A stretch of DNA of 64,000 bases from an uncultured Gammaproteobacteria bacterium (GTDB lineage Bacteria > Patescibacteriota > Microgenomatia > CAZETR01 > Amesbacteraceae): assembly GCA_964502885.1 (NCBI GenBank), contig CAZCXU010000001.1, positions 93,352 through 157,351 on the forward strand, read 5' to 3'. Position numbers and translations under genes: made by a program. Under the pieces are notes generated by a model. The model was not told the origin of the DNA and searched no databases. It was given only the letters and a program-made list of their open reading frames with translations. This document shows positions 35,903 through 43,797 of the stretch, one piece after another. Every line of letters starts with the position of its first letter. Position 1 is the first letter of the stretch.

Positions 35903-36628
35903 GTGACTGATCTATACGTTTCTCAGGATAAACATAAGCAAGCGCATGCACATCCTGCGTCTTCTGCTCATGGGCCGCAAGAGAAGAGCGTGACTGAGGG
36001 TGTGACAGCAGGTCAACATGATCAAGTGAGAACACATATCAATGATGTCTTGAAGCGGGTGGGGGAAAAACCCCGCAAAGAACTAGGAGGAGCCTATACT
36101 GTGTTTCCCGGGGTGAAATTTATCCAAAAACAGCAAGATGAGGAAGTGGTATTGATGTTGCGGGCGCACCCGATCACGAATTTTAAGTGGATTGTTACCG
36201 TGATTTTGGCGTTATTGCTTCCAGAGATTCTCATTGCTTTTGGGGCTTTGGCAGAGATTCCCTTCAGGGTTGTATTTGTAGGGAGACTGGTGTGGTATTT
36301 AATGATGTTGGGCTTTTCATTTGAGAAATTTCTGTCGTGGTATTACTCGGTGTTCATTGTGACAAATGAAAGAGTTATTGATATCGATTTTGTCAATTTG
36401 CTATATAGGGTGGTTTCTTATGCCAATCTGGATCACATTGAAGAGCCGGCGATGGTGGCGGGCGGTTTTATCAGGTCAATTTTTAAATATGGGGACGTGT
36501 CTGTGGCTACGGCTGCTGAAAAGTCGACAATCGAGGCTATGGGAGTGCCGCATCCAGATAAGGTGATACGAATCGTTTCTGAGCTGGCGGAGGATTACGA
36601 AAGAGCTCACGGGAGGAGAGACAAATGA
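35903..36628 (+). CDS. Membrane protein with bacterial PH (YdbT/bPH_2-like) domain
   Basis: Two TM helices followed by ...YYSVFIVTNERVIDIDFVNLLYRVVSYANLDHIEE.... Confidence 0.35.
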   Translation: MTDLYVSQDKHKQAHAHPASSAHGPQEKSVTEGVTAGQHDQVRTHINDVLKRVGEKPRKELGGAYTVFPGVKFIQKQQDEEVVLMLRAHPITNFKWIVTVILALLLPEILIAFGALAEIPFRVVFVGRLVWYLMMLGFSFEKFLSWYYSVFIVTNERVIDIDFVNLLYRVVSYANLDHIEEPAMVAGGFIRSIFKYGDVSVATAAEKSTIEAMGVPHPDKVIRIVSELAEDYERAHGRRDK

Positions 36629-36870
36629 ACGAAACAGCAGGTGTGGCGTGGCTACAGAATTTTTTGGTGAGTGGGCCAGAATTAATTCTTAAGGGGTTTT
36701 TGGTAGTGGGGATGCTAATGTATCTATTTTTTGCGCTGGTGGTAATGAAACAGGTGGCAATTATGACGGAAACCTTTGAATCTGAAGTTAACTCAACAGT
36801 GAAATTGTTTGCATGGGGACATTTTCTGTTGACGGTCGTGATTTTGGCTGTGGTGATAGTGGTACTTTAG
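36625..36870 (+). CDS. Small two-TM membrane protein
   Basis: 81-aa ORF, translationally coupled to the previous gene. Confidence 0.3.
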   Translation: MNETAGVAWLQNFLVSGPELILKGFLVVGMLMYLFFALVVMKQVAIMTETFESEVNSTVKLFAWGHFLLTVVILAVVIVVL

Positions 36871-36913
36871 GAGAGGGCAGAGACTTTTGTTTCTGTGATA
36901 TCCTTTTATTGAT

Positions 36914-38773
36914 ATGGAATTAGCCGTGGGAAAAATTTCCGGTAATATGGGTGACAATTTTTGGGGGCAGGTACTGACTTATGCTCCCAATGAAGAAGAC
37001 TTGAAAAATGTCCGTGGAGAGTTGGTTGTGGTATTGGGTATAGATGGGGAGGGTGGGCAAATAGAAACAATGAAAAAAGGGAGGGAGGTATTGAGTGAGA
37101 TTCAAAATGGGTATTTCTCAGGCAAGAAAGAGTCTAATTTTGAATCTCTGAAGGAAGCGGTGGAAACTGGAGTTTCAGGAGATGCGAGGGTGCAGGTCGG
37201 GTGTGTGGCTTTAGCCAGAGATTGCTGGCAAGTTGTGGTTTGGGGCGGAATGGGTGTATGGGTGCAGAACGGAACTAAAAGTGGGTATGTGGTAAGGCCG
37301 GGGAGGGCTTCGGGAGATTTGATTGCTGTGAGCGGAAAGTTGAGTGTGGGAGGTGTGGTGGTTTTGGGCAATCAAGTTTTTTTTGCGGGAATTTCTGAAA
37401 GCGAACTTCCGAAATTTGTTATCCGTGGGGATGTGGACTTTGCCGCTGAGGCAATGAGGGGGGTTTTACAGAAAGCGAGTGGGGTTGGAGGTGGGTGGGT
37501 GGGGGTTGTTTTGAAACAAAATGCTCATAGGGAGACAAAGAAATTTGAGGTAGTAGATAAACAAAAAGAACTTGTTTCTGAAGGGGCTTTTCGGCCAAGC
37601 TATCCAAGCTATGGACAACGACTGCTTAACAAATTCTTGATGGCGGCATCGAGGATTTATGTCAAAAGGGGAGACAGAGAAGATCAGCGGCGAAAAGTGC
37701 GTTATCTGGGGCTAGGGCTAGTGGCTACACTTTTGATAATGGTGGGGGTGGGACATTTTACCGCGAAGAAAAATGATAATTCAAAAAGCGAATCAGTTTT
37801 TTCGTTTGTCTCGGTTGAAGAAAAAATAAATGAAGCCGCTGAGTTGGCCGATCTGAATCCAGCCAGAACTAAGGAGTTACTGATTGATGTGAAGAGTGCG
37901 ATGAGCAATTTGAAAGGAAATAAGAATGATGTTCAAAAAATAGGGGTATTGGAGACCCGATGGAATGAAATCTGGCAAAGAGCTTCCGGGATAGTAAAGT
38001 TGGAAGTGAAAGAAGTTGTGGATCTGACCTTGGTAAGAGAGGGGATGCAGGGGCGGCGGATGGTGAAAGTAAAAGATAAGTTGTTTGTGTTGGATGGGGA
38101 TTTGGGCAGAGTAGTGGAAGTTACATATGCTAACGGATCGGCTAAGGTGGTCGGTGGAGGAAATCCAATCGCACAGGCGACGTTGATTGCCAATTATCTG
38201 GAACGTGTTTTTGTGATGACCCCCAACGGAATGGTTGAGATCGGAGAATCGGTGGTGAAACTGAAGCCTGGTGAAAGTTGGGGAGCTATTGCTGATATGA
38301 AGTTGTTTGGAGGAAATGTGTATTTGCTGGATAGCGAAAAAGGGGAGGTGTGGAGACATCAGGTAAAAGGAGCTGAGTGGGGAAGCGCTCAAAAGTGGCT
38401 GGCGGATGGGAACGGGGGTGCGGCAATTGTGGGCGCAAAATCTATGTTGATAGACGGCAGTATTTATGTAATAGGAAGAAATGGAATGAGTAAGTTTACT
38501 CGGGGAATAGAAGACAGAGTTGCGGTGGAGGGTTTGGATGAAATGTGGGGCGATGGGGTGGTGGCTTGGACAGGAGAAGATGACGAGAATATATATGTGC
38601 TGGATGGTGACAAAAAGCGGATTGTGGTGATTAGTAAACAGGGGGCGTATAAAAAACAATTTGTAGCAGATGTGTTCGCGGGAGCCAGCGATTTAGCTGT
38701 TGATGAGGATCGAGGCGAGATTTTTGTACTTTCCGGTGGTAAAGTCTGGGCTGCAAAGTATGAAAGTAACTAG
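36914..38773 (+). CDS. Membrane protein with N-terminal PP2C/SpoIIE-like (possibly degenerate) phosphatase domain and C-terminal repeat domain
   Basis: LGIDGEGGQ (resembles DGHGG), SGDARVQV (resembles GDSR) and SGDLIAVSGKL motifs, then a central TM helix and a beta-rich C-terminal half. Confidence 0.3.
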   Translation: MELAVGKISGNMGDNFWGQVLTYAPNEEDLKNVRGELVVVLGIDGEGGQIETMKKGREVLSEIQNGYFSGKKESNFESLKEAVETGVSGDARVQVGCVALARDCWQVVVWGGMGVWVQNGTKSGYVVRPGRASGDLIAVSGKLSVGGVVVLGNQVFFAGISESELPKFVIRGDVDFAAEAMRGVLQKASGVGGGWVGVVLKQNAHRETKKFEVVDKQKELVSEGAFRPSYPSYGQRLLNKFLMAASRIYVKRGDREDQRRKVRYLGLGLVATLLIMVGVGHFTAKKNDNSKSESVFSFVSVEEKINEAAELADLNPARTKELLIDVKSAMSNLKGNKNDVQKIGVLETRWNEIWQRASGIVKLEVKEVVDLTLVREGMQGRRMVKVKDKLFVLDGDLGRVVEVTYANGSAKVVGGGNPIAQATLIANYLERVFVMTPNGMVEIGESVVKLKPGESWGAIADMKLFGGNVYLLDSEKGEVWRHQVKGAEWGSAQKWLADGNGGAAIVGAKSMLIDGSIYVIGRNGMSKFTRGIEDRVAVEGLDEMWGDGVVAWTGEDDENIYVLDGDKKRIVVISKQGAYKKQFVADVFAGASDLAVDEDRGEIFVLSGGKVWAAKYESN

Positions 38774-39203
38774 CAAAAAAGCATATTTTAATTATGAGTT
38801 GGGTGAGCGGATGGAGGCGGGTATTGTGTTGACGGGAGCTGAGGCAAAATCGGCGTTTTTGGGACAAATTGATTTGGATGATGCGTATATTAAAATCCGG
38901 TCGGGGCAGCATAAGGGAATGGAAGCCTGGGTTACCAACATGAAGATATTTCCGTACAAGCATGCGGATAACACCAATTATGATCAGGCGCGGATGCGAA
39001 AACTTTTATTGCATCAAAAAGAGATTCTGGAATTGATGAACAAAATGAAGCAAATGAACAGAATTGTCGTGCCGGTTGCCGCATATACTAAAAGCGGGAG
39101 AATAAAAATTGAGTTGGCGCTGGCTAGAGGCAAAAGAGTTTATGAGAAGAGAGAGAAGATTAAGAAGCGAGATCAGGAAAGGGATGCAGAAAGATTGCAA
39201 TGA
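38760..39203 (+). CDS. smpB: SsrA-binding protein SmpB
   Basis: MKVTSKKAYFNYELGERMEAGIVLTGAEAKS..., the canonical SmpB N-terminus, with a basic C-terminal tail. The ORF-track start at 38700 is an upstream extension. Confidence 0.85.
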   Translation: MKVTSKKAYFNYELGERMEAGIVLTGAEAKSAFLGQIDLDDAYIKIRSGQHKGMEAWVTNMKIFPYKHADNTNYDQARMRKLLLHQKEILELMNKMKQMNRIVVPVAAYTKSGRIKIELALARGKRVYEKREKIKKRDQERDAERLQ

Positions 39204-39841
39204 AAATAGTGGTAGTGCCTGGTTATGGTTTGCCGACTGATATTTTTGCGGATGAAATGTACGAGAAGTATTTTCGGGTAGTAAAGAGAAAGATAAATGA
39301 ATATGGAGATGAAGAGATGCACTTAATTTTTTGTGGAGGAAACACCGATTTGGACCCGCCGTATGTGAGAACTGAAGCGGAAGAAATGAAGAAATTGTGG
39401 GAGCTAAAGTTTGGTAAGCCTAATGTGAAAGTGTGGTTGGAAAAAGAAAGCCTATCGAGTTTAGATAACCAGGTGGGGGCGAAAAAGATAATGGAGACAA
39501 ATGGCTGGAAGGTTTTGCCGCTATTGTTTTGTGAACGAACGCGATTGGAAAGAATTCGGCTGATTGCCAAATGGGTGTATGGGGCTGAAGTGGAAGTGAT
39601 TCCGGTGGATTTATATACTGAAGAGCAATTGAAAGATTTGACGCTGATGACGGCAAAGGAAGAAGCGCAGAAGATGGCAGTACTTTGGGCTATACAAAAT
39701 GAAACGAACTTGAACAAATACAGACAGATGTTTGTGGAGAAATTCAGGATTTTGAGAGAGGCGAAACCGTGGGAGAGGGAAGAAAAATTGAAAGAGATGT
39801 ATGGTGAGATGGCGAGGAATGAACAACCGCAAACCAAATGA
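39200..39841 (+). CDS. DUF218 (YdcF/ElyC/SanA-like) domain protein
   Basis: ...HLIFCGGNTD...EAEEMKK... pattern of the DUF218 fold. Confidence 0.4.
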   Translation: MKIVVVPGYGLPTDIFADEMYEKYFRVVKRKINEYGDEEMHLIFCGGNTDLDPPYVRTEAEEMKKLWELKFGKPNVKVWLEKESLSSLDNQVGAKKIMETNGWKVLPLLFCERTRLERIRLIAKWVYGAEVEVIPVDLYTEEQLKDLTLMTAKEEAQKMAVLWAIQNETNLNKYRQMFVEKFRILREAKPWEREEKLKEMYGEMARNEQPQTK

Positions 39842-39872
39842 GGTGTTTGTTGCGGAAGGCGAAGCCGGAATC

Positions 39873-40166
39873 TTAAATGTCTAGTTTGACGGTGGTATCT
39901 TTTAATGCCTGTTTCATCTGGCTTCTACCAAATCCACTCTTCAGAAATTTTTCCCTTGCTAGAGCGTCCTTTCTGGAAATGAAGTATTCGTAATGAATAA
40001 GTTTTAGTGGTCTTCTAAATTTAGTTGCTGTTACCCGACCTTGTGCGTGGAGAATCAGTCTGTGTTTTAGGTCGGACGTGAACCCAATATACAATCTGTG
40101 GTCTTTTTCACTAAAGAGGATGTAGGTATAAAAACGTTCCTTGGAAACGTCTAACGTTTCACTCAT
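39873..40166 (-). CDS. GIY-YIG nuclease-family small protein (UPF0213/YhbQ-like)
   Basis: FYTYILFSEKDHRLYIGFTSDLKHRLILH shows the GIY...YIG motifs. A possible longer start lies at 40202. It abuts the 3' end of the tmRNA gene. Confidence 0.6.
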   Translation of the reverse strand: MSETLDVSKERFYTYILFSEKDHRLYIGFTSDLKHRLILHAQGRVTATKFRRPLKLIHYEYFISRKDALAREKFLKSGFGRSQMKQALKDTTVKLDI

Positions 40167-40240
40167 CAAATATATTATGTGTGTCGCGTCTGACGCGATC
40201 ACCTTGCAAACACGTCTTCTTGCGAAGCCGCGTTTGACGC

Positions 40241-40639
40241 GGTGGAGATGGAGGGAGTTGAACCCTCGTCTGTGTAAGTTTTGAAAACCGGTTTATTACA
40301 AGTTTGTTTGGTATAAAGCTGCCAACAGCTGCTGGTTAGTTGGTCTTTTTTCGATTTAGGATAACCAAAGCCGATCGAAAGCATTCCGATAGGGTTTATC
40401 ACTAAAGAAAAGTTATCGGAAAAACAATTCTTGAGTGTCGGCTTGTCCCTACTTAAGCGTAAAGCATGCGAGGGGCAAACTGAGTGCTGAAGATGGAGTT
40501 GAAAGGATTGACCTTTGCAACAAAACCTTCAACGCGTGCTTTTAAGTTAGCACTTTGTTTTGAATCTGTTTTACGAGTGTGATTCGAACTCGACTTGCCG
40601 ATATTTCAAGGTGCTTATACATCGAAACCCGTCATCCCC
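40241..40639 (-). ncRNA. ssrA: tmRNA (ssrA)
   Basis: On the minus strand the 5' end is GGGGAUGACGGGUUUCGAU... and the 3' end is ...GACGAGGGUUCAACUCCCUCCAUCUCCACC, giving a tRNA-like T-arm and a 7-bp acceptor stem (GGGGAUG/CAUCUCC). Length about 400 nt. smpB lies about 1 kb upstream. Candidate tag frame: ...GCA AAG GUC AAU CCU UUC AAC ... UAC GCU UAA. Confidence 0.55.
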
Positions 40640-40705
40640 GACTAGCCAGGGATTATAGCAATTTGAGGCTGGAAAGTCCAGGCTGCTTGGGTTTATTGTG
40701 AAAGT

Positions 40706-41392
40706 ATGTTGCGGGGGTGGTTGAAAGCACTTTGGGGAGTACTTTTTCCGATCAGGTGTGTGGCCTGTGGTGAGCTGGGGGTTTGGGTGTGCGGGAAGTG
40801 CCAGGTTGGGTTGTGGGAGGAGGAGCAAATTTGCCCAGGGTGCGGACAGGCGAATAAAGGTGGGCTCAGGCACGGGAAGTGTGGCGGACGATCGGACCTT
40901 TTGGGCCTGACAAATATATGGGCGTATGAGGGAATGGCGAAGAAAATAATTACCGTGGCAAAGTATCGAGGTCAGTTCGCGGCCCTGGAGGTATTGTGTG
41001 AATTTGAGATGCAAAGAGATGACTTGGATCGATTCAGAGAGTTTTTGTCCACAAAGCCGATATTAGTGCCTATTCCTTTGTATAAAACCAGGTTTCGGGA
41101 GAGAGGCTTCAACCAGGCGGAAGTGATCGCTGAACTTTTGGCGCAAAAATGGAGTTTGCCTGTAAAGAAGCTGCTAACGCGGGTTCGCGATACTGGGCAT
41201 CAGGCGGGGCGGGAGAGATGGATGAGGATGGTGAGCATCAGGGAAGCATTTCAGGTGAGCGCAAAGGGTACCGTGGCCTCAATAGTGCTGGTAGACGATG
41301 TGTGGACTACGGGAGCTACTATGAATGAGGCGGCCAGAGAGTTGTCGAAAGCGGGTTTTAAACGGATTTGGGGACTTGTACTGGCGCATTGA
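40706..41392 (+). CDS. comF: ComF family phosphoribosyltransferase-domain protein
   Basis: N-terminal Cys4 zinc finger (CVACG...CGKC...CPGCG...HGKCG). C-terminal PRTase motif LVDDVWTTGATM. Confidence 0.7.
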   Translation: MLRGWLKALWGVLFPIRCVACGELGVWVCGKCQVGLWEEEQICPGCGQANKGGLRHGKCGGRSDLLGLTNIWAYEGMAKKIITVAKYRGQFAALEVLCEFEMQRDDLDRFREFLSTKPILVPIPLYKTRFRERGFNQAEVIAELLAQKWSLPVKKLLTRVRDTGHQAGRERWMRMVSIREAFQVSAKGTVASIVLVDDVWTTGATMNEAARELSKAGFKRIWGLVLAH

Positions 41393-42560
41393 CGGGTTGG
41401 GTGACAAAAGCCTTGAGGAATGCCAGGGCGAATGGATCTGGCTCCTGAGGGATTGCTCCTTCTGGCAATTGCGGAACAGTGCTTGGTGGTAGCTCGGGAC
41501 GGGGTATGGGGGCTGTCAGTTCCGGAGTGGGGGTAGTGGGGGGTGGTCCGAGCTCGGATGAATTTGATTGAGCAGTTGTAGTGGGGTTGTTTTCGGACTT
41601 GGGATTGTCTGTGGTTGTTGTGGTGGTGGGTTTGGCTTCAGCAGCTGGCGTAGCGGGGGAAGATGCTTCGGATGGTAGAGCCGGAATGTTTGGGATGGTG
41701 ACTTTTAGCCCCAAATCTTCGATGGCTTTCTGGATGCTTTTTGCCCGAAGAATAGTACCAGCTATTTGGGCATATTCTGCACCATTTTGCATTGAGGAAG
41801 CTGAACCTGAGAAGTCTCCTGCAGCGGCGCGGCCTATTGAAGAGATAATTCCAAGTAAAGCAATGAGTAAGAGCATGAGGGCGTAGGCCTCGGCGGATTT
41901 GTAATTTGATTCTGGATCCTTGTTTTTTATGATGTCAGTAAGTGCGCGTACAACCTGATTTTCAGGGGCGGTGCTGTTTTCGGTGATGATGATCACTTGC
42001 TCGGCTACTGCAGGGAGTGCGGCAGCTGCTAATTGGTCCGGGGTGGTTGCTGGGTTATGGTAAATCTCGGTGAGTGAAGAGAGACCGGCGGTAACCGCAT
42101 TGTCCATCTGTGCTTCCGGTATGATGTTAACCACCGACTGGGCCGCAGAATACTCCGCAGGTTTTGGTTTTTTGGCGAGAGAATCATAAGCATTGTTGAT
42201 GATTTTCATGGCCTCTAAAGCTGCTGGGTCGTTATTTGTGTCCGGATGCCAGCGGCGGGCAGCATCGAAAAAGGCTGAGCGTATCTGATCCGTGGTGGCA
42301 TTTTTTGGAAGACCAAGAATCTCATACGGATCTTGGCCATTCAGGTTTATTTCTGGCTTATTGGGTTTTTGAGCTTGTTCCTGGTTGGCGCGAGGTTGAG
42401 ATTCCGGAGTTGGTGCACGTTGTTCTTTTGGTGTAGTTGGATTTTGATTAATAGTGGAAGATTCGATAGGAGGGGTAAGATTTGAAATAGGGGGGGCTTC
42501 AGTGCCGCTGGCAATTTTATTGAGGACATCGGCAATGGCAGGAGGGGGAAACTCACTCAT
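41358..42560 (-). CDS. J-domain (DnaJ-like) protein with Pro/Thr-rich N-terminal region
   Basis: DPYEILGLPKNATTDQIRSAFFDAARRWHPDTN carries the HPD motif of a J-domain. Confidence 0.55.
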   Translation of the reverse strand: MSEFPPPAIADVLNKIASGTEAPPISNLTPPIESSTINQNPTTPKEQRAPTPESQPRANQEQAQKPNKPEINLNGQDPYEILGLPKNATTDQIRSAFFDAARRWHPDTNNDPAALEAMKIINNAYDSLAKKPKPAEYSAAQSVVNIIPEAQMDNAVTAGLSSLTEIYHNPATTPDQLAAAALPAVAEQVIIITENSTAPENQVVRALTDIIKNKDPESNYKSAEAYALMLLLIALLGIISSIGRAAAGDFSGSASSMQNGAEYAQIAGTILRAKSIQKAIEDLGLKVTIPNIPALPSEASSPATPAAEAKPTTTTTTDNPKSENNPTTTAQSNSSELGPPPTTPTPELTAPIPRPELPPSTVPQLPEGAIPQEPDPFALAFLKAFVTQPVNAPVQVPKSV

Positions 42561-42624
42561 TTATTGATACTAAGTCTAGCATTATTTGGTTTTTGGGGCA
42601 TGATCTGAGAAAATGTGTGGGCTT

Positions 42625-42709
42625 GGAGGATATCCCGAACGGCTGAGGGAATGGTTTGCTAAACCATGAAGGCGCAAGTCTTCGGTGGGTTCGACTCCCA
42701 CATCCTCCG
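42625..42709 (+). tRNA. tRNA-Ser (anticodon GCU)
   Basis: Acceptor GGAGGAT/ATCCTCC. Anticodon stem ATGGT/ACCAT with loop TTGCTAA. Long variable arm. T-arm GTGGG-TTCGACT-CCCAC. Discriminator G. CCA not encoded. Confidence 0.8.
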
Positions 42710-42968
42710 CAAATGAGATTATTAAATAAGAAATCATTATTACTAATATTGCTGGGTGGGATTTTTTACTTGTCATTTTATGTGTTTGGTTTGCTACATC
42801 GTATTGGGTTTCCTATTACACATCCCATTTATGCAGATTGTATTGGACACAAAAGGGTGTTTGAAGATTCAAGGGGTATAAGAAGAGTCGCGTGCTATGG
42901 ATTTATATACAACATCTGGCTTGAGTAAAGGGTTTTTTAGTTGTATTACAATTTGTTGTTTTTGGGGA

Positions 42969-43050
42969 TGTGGGCGGAAGGGGCGAATATTGAACTTCGT
43001 TCAAGAATCTCGCAAGACAGCGGAAGGGGCGAGATGGTGTGCGGTGCTTC
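42969..43050. repeat. Two decayed direct copies of the 3'-terminal segment of tRNA-Ser(UGA)
   Basis: GCGGAAGGGGCGA recurs at about 42975 and about 43022, in addition to the genuine tRNA 3' end at 43097-43110. The 42975 copy extends to about 27 nt (GCGGAAGGGGCGAATATTGAACTTCG versus GCGGAAGGGGCGAGATTCGAACTCGCG). Confidence 0.45.
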
Positions 43051-43095
43051 GCATCCTCCGTTATCTCGCACTCTTTCTTCGCAGCGGAGCTGCTG

Positions 43096-43182
43096 CGGAA
43101 GGGGCGAGATTCGAACTCGCGAGGGTGTTGCCACCCTAGAGGTTTTCAAGACCTCCGCACTCGACCACTATGCGACCCTTCC
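43096..43182 (-). tRNA. tRNA-Ser (anticodon UGA)
   Basis: Minus-strand sequence GGAAGGGTCGCATAGTGGTCGAGTGCGGAGGTCTTGAAAACCTC...GCGAGTTCGAATCTCGCCCCTTCCG. Anticodon loop CTTGAAA. Long variable arm. Discriminator G. Confidence 0.8.
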
Positions 43183-43216
43183 TAGTGCAAATTAGCCTCC
43201 AAAATTATACCATTCA

Positions 43217-43741
43217 GTGTGCTATATTAGATTTATGGTTGAGGAAAATGTTGTGGAGCAGGAAAAAGTTTTGTTGACTTGGGAGGCAGAGAGTCGACCC
43301 TACAATCCAATTGATGAACAGACGAGGCCGGTAGTGCTCGTGTTGGCGGTGCTAGTAGGAATAGTGCTGCTTTTCACCGGCGAGACTATGATAATGATAG
43401 TGTTGGGATCATTAGCTTTTTTGTATGTGGTCTGGAATAAAAACCCGCCGGAAAAGATGGAGTTTACGATTACAAATAAGGGAATAAGAGCTTTTGATAG
43501 GGTGTATATGTGGTGGGAATTCGGGAGGTGGTGGATTGAAGAGAAGCAGAGCGGCAAAGTTCTGATATTGGAGATGATTTCCGGGTTAGTGGGTAGATTG
43601 TACTTGCCTTTGGAGGAGAGAAAGTCTGAAGATGTTAAAAAAGTAATGTCGAAGTATCTGGTATTTGATCAGCCACAAGATACGGCTGCTGACAAACTAG
43701 CAAGGTGGGTGGGGGAGAAGTTTCCTTTGAGAAATAGTTAG
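43217..43741 (+). CDS. Hypothetical two-TM membrane protein
   Basis: 174-aa ORF with TM helices in the N-terminal half. Confidence 0.35.
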   Translation: MCYIRFMVEENVVEQEKVLLTWEAESRPYNPIDEQTRPVVLVLAVLVGIVLLFTGETMIMIVLGSLAFLYVVWNKNPPEKMEFTITNKGIRAFDRVYMWWEFGRWWIEEKQSGKVLILEMISGLVGRLYLPLEERKSEDVKKVMSKYLVFDQPQDTAADKLARWVGEKFPLRNS

Positions 43742-43797
43742 TGATCCTAAGTGACAAGGTGGAAGAGGTAGCGCTGATTGTGGGTGTGGGGGTTGTG

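Noticed and set aside
42582-43195. Four ORF-track entries (42582-42776 minus, 42656-42928 plus, 42897-43139 plus, 42941-43195 plus) with odd, partly repeated peptide text.
   Set aside because: They overlap tRNA-Ser(GCU) and tRNA-Ser(UGA) and the decayed tRNA-end copies. The repeated peptide fragments are translations of duplicated tRNA 3'-end DNA, not genes.
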